DNA of 64,000 bases from Chrysomallon squamiferum (GCA_012295275.1 CM022666.1:13454001-13518000); one strand, 5' to 3'. Positions 26,922 through 42,572 are shown, counted from the stretch's first letter. Notes: a model not told the origin generated them from the sequence alone. Numbers and translations are program-made.

Positions 26922-29900
26922 TTATATATCCTCGTCATTTAATGGCTGGATCTTGGTCACTTCATAAAATACTCTGAAATTTGAGGAAGAACACTTTTAA
27001 AAAATGAAATAAAAAATAAACAGTTAAAATGGAAACATGTGGAAATACATAACATATCATTATCTTTAATGGGAGCAAAGAAACATCTGTTTATGTGATG
27101 ATATTTTATATTATTATAAGATGACTTGAAAAGCATCACAAATTTAAAAACAAGTGTACAAAATTTATTAAGTAGAGAGAAAGGTTTTTAAAAACTGTCT
27201 TACTTGTGAGAGTATTTAGATCTGATTGTTGAGGGTTTTGACTGTGGGGCCTTGTTCATCTGGTTTAGCTGTCTGGCAATTTCCTTCAGTTCACTGGCTT
27301 TGTACCCTGAAGCATGTTCCAGTGTCTTACTCTACAAAAAAAATAAAAATAATAATAATATAAAATAAATTAACTAATTACAAAAGGTAGAAAATAATTG
27401 TTTAAAAACATCAGAAATTTGTAATTAACAGTAGGCAAATCCAAATTGCTGCCCTACAAAACAAAACTTTTAAAACATCAGACATTTGTAATTAACAGAT
27501 TAAAACAACACAAATTCAAATTCATTCTTAATTTCTAATCCCCAAAGGATCACAAAAACTAACCACAAGACATAAATCAAAATGTTTCGATTCTCTATTT
27601 CTTGATTCTGAATGATTTCATAAACTAATTAACTGTGAGAGAGAGATTTAAGATATTATTAAACTAAAGTTTACCCATTCTTTTTCTTTTTTCATCTTCA
27701 GAGCCAAGTGTAGAGCAGCTGCCGCCATCTTGGATTCTCTGACTTCGATGTACTTGTAGTCCATCAGTGACATCTCAAGTAGGAAGCGAGCGAGCGTCAG
27801 AGTCTCCATTGTTGCCCGGGCACACTAAAAATAAAAAAATTAAATTTAATTAAATTCAATACAATGGAAGACATTAGTAATCAGATACACTGGTACAAGT
27901 TGAGGATCTTGCATTTAAAATTCTTAATAATGGAAATGTCTCATATTCTAGAACTTTTAGAATACATGGAAGTGTGTGAGAATAGGTTTCAAGTCTAAAC
28001 ATGAAAATGATTTAAATTTCTTATACATCTGATATTTTTATGTAACATTTTAAAATAATTTTATGTTAAAATAAAGTTTGTGTCTGCTAAATGATCTGAA
28101 AAGCTGTAAGATGATAACTGTAATGATTGAGCAGAGGTTTTGTCCAACCAGAAATTTTAAATATTATTTTTACAGACAAACAAAACATCCCAAAATATTT
28201 CAAAAAAATAAAATCAAATCAAAAAAAATAAAAACTTTGGTGGTACTTAAAAAAAAAAAAAGTATAAAGATCACAATGTTGAAAATGGTTTTAGGTCAAG
28301 TCCTAAATAAAAATATTTATTTATTTAATTTTTTCTCCATGTAAGACATTTACAAAGATTTAATTTAAAAAGTAATCTTTAAATTCAATTATTCAAGAAT
28401 TATCAAATGTTTAAACTGACAAAAAATAGAAATCAGTTTTAAAACACTATCCACAAAACAATCATCATTAATTTCAAAACTTCAAGAATTAAAAAATGTT
28501 TAAAAAATATAGACCAGTTTTTACCTTGGCGTATCTACGTAGAAATCTATAAGACAGAGGCATGCCCAGGTCGAAGCCGATTGTTTTGAGAATATTAATC
28601 TCCATGCGGATAAAAGCACGCCTGTTGTAGGCATCATCACAGATGTACAAGAAGTCTTCAATCAGAGGTGGACATCTCTCCTACACAAAACAACAAATTT
28701 AACCAAATTATACTGAAACCTAAACAGATATTTCCAGTAAATTAATTAATTAATTACCATTAAAAAAACATGTATGAAATTAAATTTAAAGATGAACAAA
28801 ACACTGGTCACATGCTGTCAGCATTTGAGAAAAGAAACCCAATTTCCATAATACTTTTTTGAATCTTTATCAACAAAGGAGTAGGAACAGTGAAAAGAAA
28901 TGGTTTATTTTAACTACTATCTACAACCTCAATCAAATCTCAAAGTTCACCAGACAGTAGTATCAACAGTCATCTATTTATCCAAGTTAGTTAAACTGAC
29001 AGTACAACATTTTATTCAACTTCAACATTAAACAAATACACGGGTTCCAAAAATAACAGAGGTTTCTTTTCAAAACCTTACACCATTAAATTACAAAATT
29101 AATGTTAAGTTTTTCTAGCTATTTAAAAAAAAAAAGAAGATGGAAAACACTGCTACTAAAAGACTCACATCAAACTTGCAGGAAATGAAGAGTGACACTG
29201 CTCCTATCAACTGCAGGTTCTCTTTGGCGACCTGCTGTTTGGACAGGAACGTGTCCACCAGTTTCACAGACAGGTACAGAGTCTCGTGGTTCAGCTCAAA
29301 GTTCTCCTGAACCTCAACCAGCCAGTCAACCAGAATCGACCGCATGTTCGAAGTTAGGTGTGGCTGTGTCGTCATGTATTTGGTAAGAGCAAACTTTGTC
29401 TGGAATGGAAGAAATATTTATATTTGAAACCTGTTTGGATATTCACTGATAAAAGAAAACAGCCTGTGTACGTTTTTGTAGTTTTTAAAATATTTGTTCC
29501 ATTTCTGTAATTGCTACTAAGACAGTTCAGAATTTTTCTCTTCCTATTTTTGAATGAATTATTACTTGAAAACATCTATCTATCTATCTGTTTCTTTATC
29601 TATCTCTATATCTACACAGATATATCTCTCTCCCTCTCCCTCCCTCCCTGTCTTTTTCTCTCTATATATATATATATATACCCTGCAGTTTGTCAGACAG
29701 CAGTATCAAAAATAGTAAGAATCACTAATCAGTAACTTTTAGATCACTGATTGCAAATTTAATATTTACATATCAACTGAAAGATCTAAATTTCATTAAA
29801 ATTAATCTAACAAAAATGTAGTAATTATAAGAATATAGCATATTAGTACTCATAAAACTTAATCTAGCAGAAATTAGTAGCAACTAGTAATACCAGAGCT

Positions 29901-32900
29901 CAGTGCACAATATTATTTCAAATATTCATAACTGCACGAAATAAAACAAATTCTGGTTATAGCAATGAGAATATTTTTGACAATTTATCTGGAAGTATAA
30001 AAAACAACATGGCTGAGTTATCAAACTGATCTACTACTGTTTGATGTTTTATGTGTTAGTATCAGTCTCAGACTGTGGAAATTCACTTTTCTCTCACCTC
30101 TCTCTCCTTGTAGTAGTTAAAAATGTCCTTAGCATAAAAGCTGACTTGCGTTGGGTCACCAAGGTTTTCTTCATCAATGTCATCAATGACATCTTCATTC
30201 TGTTCAATTATAAAACATTTAATAATAACTGAATCAGAAAATAAATCACTGGATCTAGATACACAAGTCAAAGTTGAGAGAAAAATCAGCCTTTTCCTAG
30301 GGTCAATATTATTACTGGTTAAAACAAAAAAATTAAATGTACATTTCAGTCTGGTAAATTCACAATCTTATTTTAATAATGGCTTCCTTTTCTTTTATTA
30401 AGTAATTTAAAAAAAAATATTTTACCAGGGAAAAAAAAAAAAATTAAAAATAAATAAATAAATAAAAACAATAAAATGAAAAAATAAAGACATCTGTTGT
30501 TTTTCTTATTTCAGAATGGACATCATTATTCCAGAACAAAATTAATATTCTGATTCAAACAATCATTACTACATGACATATTTACTCTATAAAACATCTC
30601 ACAGAAATTTTCACTTACACATAACAAGTCAGGTTTTCTAACTTCATCAGACAATGTCTGTTCACTTTTGCTGGAAGAGTTACTGCTAAAATAAATAATG
30701 TAAAAATATTATCAATAAACTGAAACACAAATAACAGTCTACAAATTTGTGATATATATTTTTAAAAATAAGCAGTGTAAACCTGTTATCAATAAAATGA
30801 AAAACTAAACATTATATAAAATGAAAAAAGTTTCATTAAAAAAAAAAAAGACCTCTGGTTCTGTGAGTAACTTTAAAGTATAAAAGTCATAAACTTCTTG
30901 AGTTTATTATTTGTGAATTATGATTAGAAATCCACATTGATAATTTATTAAAATGTTGAAGCAGTTTTTTGGAAAACTAACAAAGTTATAACAGATGTAA
31001 CTTGCAAAGTCTTCAAAAATAACAAACATTCTTAAATTCTTACCATGAAGGACTCCTAAAAAAATTAACTGTTAAACATAAATTTAAACATTGCAATTTT
31101 TCTATTTCTTGATACTGAAGGATTTCACAAGCTAATTACTTGTGAGACTGATTAAGATATTATTAAATTAAATTTTCACCATTTTTTCATGTCTGGGTAT
31201 TCATTCTTAGCAAAGCAGAAAATCTAAAAATCTTAAGTAAATTAAAATATTAAAACATTTCTCTAACCTTTTCAGAGTTTCTTCATCAACTGCTTTCAAT
31301 TCGACAGACAAACTCAAATCCTGTCGGGCTTCCAGTTCCTGCGAAGACAACAGCTCCTGTGACAATGTAACCTCATCATCATCATCGTCATCATCGTCGC
31401 TGTCAGAGTGTGGCTGTGGTTGTGGCTGTTTGGTGATGTTTTCTTTTGCTTTGTGTGTTTTCTGATTCTGTATTTTCACCGATTTGGACACCTGCGCCTT
31501 CTTCACAGCGACGTTGATGTCTTTGATCGCCTTGAAGAACAGACAGTTTTGATAAATTTATTTTTGTGAAAATTTTAAATTTTAACCTGGTAGAGGAACT
31601 AAGATGAAAATAAAACATAAAAAAGTGACATTAATAGGAAGCACCAGGTTGACTTGTTAATTCTGATTAAAAAGGTACAAATGACATACAATAAATACAA
31701 TGTGAAAATTAGTAAATTACTATTTTGTTTTCTTCAATATTTTTTCTAATAAGAAAGACTGTCAATAAAATAATAAGTTTGTTATGACACAGTCTAACTT
31801 TTATTTTTGTCTGTAATATAATATGAACAGTAATAAGTTTAATTCATACAGCTGATAGATAAGGCAGAGGCTTTTTGCAATAACACAGTATATCAAATGT
31901 TTTTATTCTTCTTTTTTTTTTTATATTTCACACAACAGCAAGAAGTAAAATTTACCCTAGTGTGTCTGATATTTTCATAACAAAGATGTTTCAAAATTGT
32001 TACTCAGATAAGTGAAAGACAATTCAGGCTAAATGAAATTTTAATTTGATGTTTTTCGTTATTAAAGCTATGTAACTGAACATGGAGAAGTAGATTTACA
32101 TTTGTGATGTCACCGAAAGCTGCTCGTTTCTGGAGCTGGTCGAGAAGCAGATCTCCCTGTCTCTTTCCTCCGAGAGACATGATTTGTTCCGCATTCTCAT
32201 GAATCTGAAATAAAAACAACAAAAACATTAACAAGATACTTCTACAGACAGGGTATAGAATAATCTTGAAGTAGTTATACTAAATTTGTATTATTATTAT
32301 TATTATTTTATTTATTTATTTTTAGAAAAAGAATTTTACTGTCAAATGCAGGTAAACTTGAAATTATTAAACCATAAAGTTTACAATTCTTAAAACAGAA
32401 CACTCAGAAAGGAAAATAATAAAATTATTGTATTATTATTATTACTTATTCCAGGATGATTAAAAATCTGTTTTTATTTATGTAAAGTATTGTTATTAAT
32501 CAGTATATTTGCATCATGGAGCAGGAAATGTAACAACAGTACAGCAAAATTTTTAAATTAATAATCTAATTTCAATTTACCAAAATCATACTGAACAGTG
32601 AACTAAATCCCAGTTTTAAAGTCAGAGCAGTTTTTAAAACACCTGGAGAACTTGAGCCAGTGGAGCCAGTTTGACACTGACTCAGTTCACATGATCTGAT
32701 TACTCAGGGCAATCCAGTCAGTGTCTGGTGTATTCAACACTTAACTTGAAGAAACAATCAGACACCAAGCTGTCCACTGTGTGTACTGAGATTTGGGTTC
32801 TGTCAGATACACAACTCAGGCATTTTTGTTATTTCTTAATTTCTCATATTTATTACATGCAGTTATTCAAGATGGAAATAATTATATAATTAAAAACAAC

Positions 32901-33883
32901 AACAAAAACCCCAAACAATTACTAATATAGTTTAAAACTTTTGTAATGTTAAACGCTGAAAATCAATTTTTTTAAATCCAGAAATGAAATATGCTTCTGG
33001 TGATTTTATGTTAATGTATTAAAATTATTTTTAACATACATTTTGTTTTAATAAAAAAGCAAAATATTTCATGCTGATCTCTGATAATTTCATACAAATA
33101 TACAAAAATTAGTTTTAATACTATTTAATACATTATCAGCTAATTTAACATTCTGACTCAGAAGTGTTTGTCTTAAACATTAGTTTTAAGATCATTCTTC
33201 TCAAAATGCATGCAGTTTTTAATTCACAGTTTATCAAAAACTGTAGATCAGGTTTCTGTCTACTTATTTATAAACTCCTTAACATAAAACTGATTAAAAT
33301 ATGTGGAGACATTTAACTAAATATTTCTGTCTCCTGCTCAAGACTCGTGAGTTGTACATGAGAATTTTGAGAAATCAACTGTTTTGGAAATCAACTGTTT
33401 TAAAATCCATGTTTGAATAATAGTACTTCATTACTTGTACAAAACACCATCACATTCCACATTTAACAAACAACTATATTTTGAAAATTAAATAATATTC
33501 TTATTTTCAAGCTGTTTTAGAGACACAGGTATGAACATTTAGAAAAATGATTATTTTTAACATTAAATGTTTAACAATTAGAATTTGTTAAACAAAGCTT
33601 CCATCAGTAGGATATGTTTCATGAAATGATTGTTTAGTAGTTAAATTTTAATGTAAGTTGAAAGTATCAAACATTCTGATAACCCCAAAGTATCTAATTA
33701 GCGTCCATTTTTGACGCCAGGTAGCAGTTGTATTGTGTGCTAAAACGTAGCGAACAGACAAAAGTTTCAAAATGGGGCAACATGTTTGCCCCTTTTTTTT
33801 AAACAAGAAAAAAAAAAATGTTTCACCTTTTTTGTTTTCTTCCCTCCTTCAGTTTTGGATTTCAAGGTTTGTTTTCTATTCAT
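26922..33883 (-). CDS. CCNB3: G2/mitotic cyclin B3, 10 coding exons, ~436 aa
   Basis: Exons 33883-33827, 32204-32100, 31530-31268, 30685-30619, 30199-30098, 29399-29169, 28680-28525, 27824-27675, 27331-27204, 26973-26922 splice in phase with GT-AG. D-box RAAFGDITN; B3-type cyclin box MRSILVDWLVEVQENFELNHETLYL; PLSYRFLRRYAK; C-terminal KYSHKVFYEV. Confidence 0.95.
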
Positions 33884-34099
33884 CTTGATCTTCCGAATGA
33901 AACTGAACATAAAACATTAAAATGTCTTTTCGCAGTTTTTGATTTAGCAACTAGTTGAGGCAACATCAACGCTAATAATTAAAACATAGAATACTGCAAT
34001 ACTGAAGATCTGACTAAATTGAACAAAAATATGATGTTGTATTCACTTGTGGTGACTGAAATTGTTTTAAACTGCACTGCTGGTAGTATATCACTTCAA

Positions 34100-34340
34100 A
34101 TTATGTAAACAAAGAAAATTATAGCAAGGCATAAACATGATCACTTCTCAGCGACTTTTGAAATTCGTGGATCAGTTCGATTATTTCATTGGTCAATATC
34201 TTAAAACGTCTTTCTGTGCCACCTAGCGGGTATTTAGTTTAAATAATGGGAAGTTACTCTAATATCACTATTTATATGAGGAAAGAGGAAAATTTTGCGA
34301 GTGTAGTTTCCTTATTAAAAACAAGTGCGTGCAATGACAG
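34100..34340. promoter_or_regulatory. Candidate bidirectional promoter between CCNB3 and the membrane-protein gene, with CHR-like TTTGAA (34157-34162) and CCAAT box (ATTGG 34188-34192)
   Basis: Motifs seen directly; CHR plus CCAAT is the known architecture of G2/M gene promoters. The divergent ATGs are 33883 (minus) and a candidate at 34371 (plus). Confidence 0.45.
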
Positions 34341-34370
34341 CCTAAGATTCAGAAGTGGTACTGAGCTCAG

Positions 34371-37300
34371 ATGGTTAGTTTTTGTAATTCAAACTATTAG
34401 TGTTTGATTAAATCTGTTTTAATATATTATTTTCGTTCTATTAATAACGCCCCAAGACTCAATCTTTATAGATGCTTTTTCAACAACCTCTTTCGATCAT
34501 CAATGTCGATATTCATGTTTTTATGTTTATATTTATTGTATTATGCTTAATCTGATTTATTATTATTATTATTATTATTATTAACATGACTGTTTTATAG
34601 GCAATAATATAGACCTAAAAAGAAGGTTTAATGCATTTATTTCAAATGTATAAAAAAAAATCTATTAATTATAAAACCAGACAGTTGAGGAGAGAAAAAA
34701 GTAAGAAATTACAATCATTGATTAAATTTGATTAATTAATTATTTATTTTTATTTTTATTTTAATTTTTAATTTTTATTTAACATTTTTTTAAATTTTAA
34801 ATTAATTTTTTTTTTTTTTTTTTTTTTTCCAAACTGAAATAAAAAGTTAATTTAAATAAACACTTCGGTAACAGGAAGGTCAAGTCGTGACTCACAACAG
34901 ATTTATCAGCCTGCATGGTTGTGTGGTTTCCTGTGTATGGGAAAGTACATATAACTGATCACTTTCTGCTAATAAAAAGAGTGACCTGAAAGGTGTTTGC
35001 AGATGGTTTCTTCTCTCATAGCATCATTATTGTATCAAATAATTCATATATTTAATAACTAATATTAAAATGTATTGAACTCTCATTAAGAATTCATTCA
35101 GTCAGTAAAATGATTGACACAAAATTATCCAACTAAAAAATAATATATATATATATATATATATGAAGACTTTAATTCCAAAACACAATAAATGCCAAAA
35201 TCAAAATTTTAAAAGAAAATCGCCACCAAAATTTCAACATTTGACAGCTGTATGACGCCCCATAATCATTTTCCTCAAGATTCTGTATCTGCTGCTGATC
35301 TACACAGTAGACTGTAGACCTTCATTACATAACACGATAAACTCCAGAGTTGAAAGAGTCATTTTTCTCAAAACAAAGAAAATGGATTGATAGTGTTTTG
35401 GAACCAAACTCTTCATATATTGTGACATTATGTATATAATCTTTTTTCTTTTCTTCTCTCTAGTTTTGCTTAATCATTTATTTTATTTAATGAATACATT
35501 TTTTTTTACTCTCAAAATATAATTGGCCTATCTGTATTCTGAATACTTTTACATGACTGCTGTATTTTTTCTAATCTTTACTACTAATAAAGTATGACAA
35601 TAAATAACATTTTCTTGAAGAGTCTCTTTCAGTTTTAGAATGATTACAGGAAATATAAATGAATGAATAAGATAAAAAATTAATAAATAATAATAATAAT
35701 CAACAACAATAATAAATAAAATTAATAAATAATAATAATAGTAACAACAACAATAATAATAATAATAATAAAAGGGTAAATAAATAACTGAAAACGTATC
35801 TCAATAAATATTTACAAAGTTGTGGAATGTAAAGTTTAATGTTTTCGACTGCTATGCTGTCACCTAGCAAAGGAAAAGAATAATTTTTTTTCCAATCAAA
35901 ACACAGTCAACAGAGTCCATGTGTCCTTAGTTCAGTTGGTGTATTATTGAGGCTAAACATGGTTAATGAACCTTGTATTAAGATTTCTTATCAGATAAAT
36001 ATTAAAATAAGCCATAGCTGTCCTGCATCTTTGTTACATACAGTAAACATCCTAAAATAGTGTCTAACAAAATTTTAAAATACTGTATAAAAATCATATT
36101 TCAAATATTATTGTCTAATACAATTCTCAGTTAGATGTATTAGTGTAGAATATTGTAACATTTGAGTATTGATTCATGGATAACTCTTGTGCATGTAAAT
36201 ACTTTGGCAGTGGAATATTATTGGATGTACATTTATTTCATTGATTAGAAAGGAAAAAAAATTGTTGTTGCTGATGTTGTTGTTGCAGTTGTTTTTATTG
36301 AATTTGTTATTTATAGTGATGTTGTTGTTATATTGATATCATCATTGTCATCATCATTATTTTTATTGTTCATTATTATTCATTATTATTTTTTTTTTGT
36401 CAGTTATTGTTATTATTGTTACTGTTGTTATTATTTTTGTCAGTTATTGCTATTGTTGTTATTATTATTGCTGTTGTAATTGTTATTATTATTATTATTA
36501 TTTTTATTTTTCTACATTTATTACTACTCATTAGTAACTTATCTTTATTCTGTATATTTATCTTTATTTTAATTACATACTTAAATTTGACTTATTCTTA
36601 ATTTTATCTTTAATTATATACATATTTAATTAAATTCTTAAGGAAACTTTCATTACACACTTAACAACATTTTGAAAGTTTTACAGTATTTGTTTACTGT
36701 GTTGCAGTAGTAAAGATTCTAAACAGACTGTAATTCACTGAGACACAGTGGGCGTGGCAGTGTCGTTGACCTGCAGTTTTTAAAACAGTGGTGTAAAAAC
36801 ATAATGTCAGTATGAAAACTGTTCTTTCTTCAATACAGCTCAATATTTTTGTAGGTATACATTAATGAGATTCAAGGTTTGTTTATATAATGATTTTAAT
36901 AATGTTTGTATTATGATGATTAATAAAGATAATTAATTTTATTTAGTGTTAAAATGTAATTGGTAATATAATCTAATATGTGTAATGTGAACAGTTTAGT
37001 AGTAAATGATGCAGAGGGATTATAGATATTGTTTTAATTAATTAATTAATTTATTTATTTATTTATTATTGTTGTTATTATTATTACTTATTTAAAACTT
37101 TTTATTATTATTATTATTACTGTTATTATTTTTATTCATTTATTATTTTTTATGACTTCTAACATTAAACAAAAATGTATTTTACAATAAGTTATTATTT
37201 CTATTTTTATTTTAACATACAGAGGATAGATCCTTTTTTAAATGTATTTTTTTTTTCTTTTCTTTTTTTGCTGGTGTCATATCTGTTTAACTTTATATAT

Positions 37301-37465
37301 AAACAAAACCAGTTTTAATAAATTAATAATAATAATAATAATAAAATACATCGTCATCTTTTCTAGTCTGGTTTTGTTCTGCAACAGAGTCAGTTTATTT
37401 TTAATATATCTGAATATCTGTTTATGAAAATACAGTGTGTCTGTGGATGTGACAGAGGAATACTG

Positions 37466-37501
<36 letters not shown>

Positions 37502-38609
37502 AAAATCAGCTAGGTAATGAGAAAAGAAACTTCTTTTGTATAACAAGCTATTTTGTTTTCATTTAGCAAACATAGATCTTTTATATGTGCCTACTCATAG
37601 ACAGTGAACCACTTACTATAGTCTATGATAAATTAATAGAGTAGTGGATGGTTTAATGACATCCTTTAAACTGACTGGTTATGTTGATTGATCCTGAAAG
37701 CTAACCATTTCAGCTGTGAACTCTAACCATCAAAATGTAACCAGTTCACAACCAGGACTAAAACATAATAACTGCTGACATCTTGATTTCCATCTAGCAA
37801 CAAAACACCTGTCACAGTTTTAACTTCCTGTGTACCTATAGTGAGGTGCAGATCTGCTATGAAACTATTGAAGCTTACGTTTCCCAGCCCCTAATCCAGG
37901 AAAGGTCCCCAGAAGTGACTTTAGTCCATGTTGCTTCAAAACTGTAATCACATCTGAGATGCAGTGGTTAAATTTTTACAACATTTCTGCTAATCTGTCA
38001 TGGAACAATCCCTTTGAAGAAGAAAGCAGAGGTTAACCAGACTTCATTGCTGCTTGTGAAGGGTTCCCATAACAATTCAAGCTTCAGGGCACCAAAAATA
38101 TAGGTCCACCATTGGTTGTCGTGACCACTCTACAAGTCAAAATATACTGAGATACAACAATATTTCAAGTTTGCCTATTGTATCAAGTTTTTTCTTATGC
38201 TGGGTATGAGCTCCATCTGCTGCAGCTGAAATTTGTGTCACTAGTGTAGAAGTTAAAATGTTAAATAAAACATTAATTTCTGTTTCAGGAAGAATCTTCA
38301 ACTGAGAAGAAGGGTGGTGACCCAGATCCATTTGTTCCAGGTTCATTCTCAGATGACCGAAGTTACCTTTTAAAAATGGCCAATGGAGATGAACTGGACA
38401 TCCATGAAGGTCATCAGAGGACACTTTCATCCAAGTCGGACGTTCCTGTGACAATCCAAGAAGAAATCTACGCCTCCAACGATCTTTTCTCAAACTCCAG
38501 TTCTTTTACTCACAGCACAGTCAAAGTGGAGGTACGAATGTAGTACTTCTTTTGTTTTCTTGTGTTCATTTTAAATTTGTTTTTATATAGCTTGAATATT
38601 CATGGTAGC

Positions 38610-38658
<49 letters not shown>

Positions 38659-40587
38659 CAGTAATAGTAGTAATAGCAGCAGTACTATAAATATTTTAAG
38701 CATGATAATAATTATAATAATACAAACTGTATTACTACTGCTGCTGCTACTGCATGTAATACCAGTACTACCACTACTACTGCTAATAATAATAATAATA
38801 ATTGCAGCAATAGTAGTAGTTATAAATAAAGCATTAATCATATAATAGTTATTAACTGCAAATTATGAATAATGCTTTTTAAACTATATTTTGAGTTAAT
38901 ACTAAAATTATGTTGCAGATTTACAAAATGATTTAAAGTATTTATTTTCAGATTTCAGACTTGGTAGTACTGTAGATTTATAAATAAATTTAAAGTATTT
39001 ATTTTCAGATTTCAGACTTGGTAGTACTGTAGATTTATAAATAAATTTAAAGTATTTATTTTCAGATTTCAGACTTGATAGTACTGTAGATTTATAAATA
39101 ATTTAAAATATTTATTTTCAGATTTCAGACTTGATAGTACTGTAGATTTAGAAATAAATTTAAAGTATTTATTTTCAGATTTCAGACTTGGTAGTACTGT
39201 AGATTTAGAAATAAATTAAAGTATTTACTTTCAGATTTCAGACTTTGGTAGTACTGTAGATTTATAAATAAATTTAAAGTATTTTTCAGATTTCAGACTT
39301 TGGTAGTACTATAGATTTATAAATAAATTTAAAGTATTTATTTTCAGATTTCAGACTTGGTGGGGGATGGCAGTGTGAATCTCACTACAAGTGCTTTGCG
39401 AGTTTGTAAGAAACAAGTTCTCAGGCCATACTGGGCTTTGCTAATGTTTGTAAGTATTTTCTTACATTCTAAACATCCACTATAGTGCAGCCAAGTCTTC
39501 TTAATTCTCATAAACCATCACATAAAAATATCACAATCACATAGTAAATATCACCATCACATCGTAAATATCACCATCACATAATAAATATCACAATCAC
39601 AATAAATAACACAATCACAATAATATCACTATCACATGAAAAATACCACGCTCACATAAAAATATCACACAGAAATATCACAATCACATAAAAATATCAC
39701 ACAGAAATGTCACAATCACATAAAAATATCGCCATCACATAAGAATATCACAATCACATAAAAATATTGCCATCACATAATAAATATCACAACCACATAA
39801 AAATATCACAATCCCATAAAAATATCGCCATCACATAATAAATATCACAATCCCATAAAAATATCGCCATCACATAATAAATATCACAATCCCATAAAAA
39901 TATCGCCATCACATAATAAACATCACAATCACTAACACAATAACACATCAGTAACTGTAACAAGCTGTGTGTTACAAGTCTCTGTATTCTCAGTCTGTTT
40001 TGACAATGTTTCAGATAGGCTGGCGAGGTTTTGGCAAAGAGCGAGTTAATTCGGGCAGCTGCGGTTGGCGCGTTCTCAACATCATCTACCCAACTCTGAT
40101 TGTGCTGCTGCTGATCTACACCTACATCTACGAGGTGGTTGCATGCGAGTGGAAACTCAATGTGAAAAAAGACACAATGGTCAGTGAATGTTGCTGTAGT
40201 GACCTTTCAGTTAACGGTGGAATTGATTTCTGTTAATATTTTTAAATAATGTGTATATATATAAATTAGGATTGTAATTTTAATACTATGATATGAAATA
40301 TTTAATTTTAAAAGATCAGTAAATAGTTTTTTTGCGTTTTATAGCCCAGTAATTCTAATACTGTAATATGAAATATTTAATTTAAAAGGTTACCAAAAAG
40401 TTAATTATTAAAGTTATTCATTGTTCCAATGGAATTAGTGCAGTGTATGTTGAACTCTGGCAGTTTGTGAATATTTTCTGTCTGAGTGTGTTAAAGTTAT
40501 ACATTATGTAAATAATTATGTTTGATTTTGAAATGATATCTCTGTGTGTATGTGTGTTTATCTAGCTGTCTATATATATGGTGTGTG

Positions 40588-40627
<40 letters not shown>

Positions 40628-42503
40628 AGTGTGTACAAGAAACAGACATATGCAAATCTCTAGCTCTTAATCTTTAGTTGTTTATGTAGGCCAAAGAATA
40701 ACAGAAACAAGATACTAGCACACTTTTGTTATCTGTGTTTACTTGTTGAAGCAGGATTTTTGCATTGGCTGTCTGTTTTGTTGTTTTAAATGTGGTTTGT
40801 TGAACTTGGGTCAAAGTTCATTTGTGGCTTGTTAAGTTCACATGATAAGTAACAGCTGGTACTGTTATATAGTTGATACAGAATTTGTTTTTTGTTTTAA
40901 AAAAATGAAAAAGAAAATATTAATAATTACATGAACAATTTTAATAAATAGATCTCTATTTTTCAGGTATTTAAAACATAATCCAAAATAATAAAAAAGC
41001 ATTTCTTCCATGATGATGTCAGTGATGATGATGCTGATTATAATCATTACTGCTAGTACTATAGCTACTACTACTATTATTACTACTGCTATTATTTCTG
41101 TTTTAATTAATTAGTATTATCGTCATCATAATTATTATCATCACAATTAGTATTATATCATCATCATCATCATCATCATCTTACAATTGTCATATCCATA
41201 ATACTATTATTATCATTATCATTATCACCATCATCATATCATCATCATCGTGAATCTTTTCCAGGTGATCGTTCCAACAACGACAACGTTAACAACTACA
41301 AAATCAAACGTCACCAACACAACAACATTTCAGCCATTTTTTACCCTGGCGCCAGCACAAATCTCTGTGAGAAACCTGTCAGAACCTGAGAGTGGCCCAC
41401 CACTGGCCTGCGAACACGTCATCACCACCTACATCATCCCCAACATCCTTCATTTCGTCGCCTACATCATGGGTCTCTACTACTTCAGAATTCAGGACAA
41501 TGAACAGCTGTATGCTCTCATGGAGAAGGTGAAAAAAAAAAATTCTTTTTTATTTTGTATTTTCAGTGCTGAAGAGTTATCAAAGAAAAATAGAAAAGTG
41601 TTAATAGTTAAGTGATGATGATGATAATAACAACACAATAATAATAATAATAGTTGTAGCAATAATAATAGTAACAATGATGATATAATGATGATGATGA
41701 TGAAGATGATAGAATGAAATGAATAAAAATAGTTTTACTTAGAATCTAACAGTTTATTTTGTAATAGTATTATTCACAAAGTTAGAAGAATTCACAAAAA
41801 TGATATTAAATTGGATTTAAAAACACAGATGAATTCTGTGTTAGTCATTCATTGTAATAATGGATCTTACTCATTTTTTTATTTTCATCCATCCATTATT
41901 TTTCATGTAATAATATTTCTGTTTGTTGTCCTAAACATGATTGTACCCTATTTTTTAAAATCATAAATACAGTAACAATAAATTGCGAAATTATTTTTTA
42001 AAATCAACTTTCAGGTCTTCCTCCAAGCTACTCCATTACAAAACAGAGCAGCTTCGCAGCAAATTGTTGTCAGAAAACTGAGGTTTGACTTTTGTTTTAA
42101 TAAAATTAAATTTCTTACAAAAACAAATAAATAAAATAAAATAAAATTAAATTAAATTAAATTAAATTAAATTAAATTAAATTAAATTAAATTAAATTAA
42201 ATTAAATTAAATTTCTTACAAAAACAAATAAATAAAATAAAGTAATGTAAAATAAAATAAAATAAAATAAAATAAAATGTTTCAAAACAAAGACCCTTTC
42301 CTTCTTCCTTAACCAAACATCAGTAAACTTATCCTAGAAACTGCATCTTTTTCATAATCTTTTTCATTTTACTTTTTTAAAAATTATTTATCTTATTTTA
42401 ATCTAATGTCATGAACTTCACAGTCTCATTTACTCAAAAATGTACTAAATTACTTAAAATTATTACATTTTATTTTTATCTTTTGGAAAAGATTTATTCA
42501 CCA

Positions 42504-42572
<69 letters not shown>

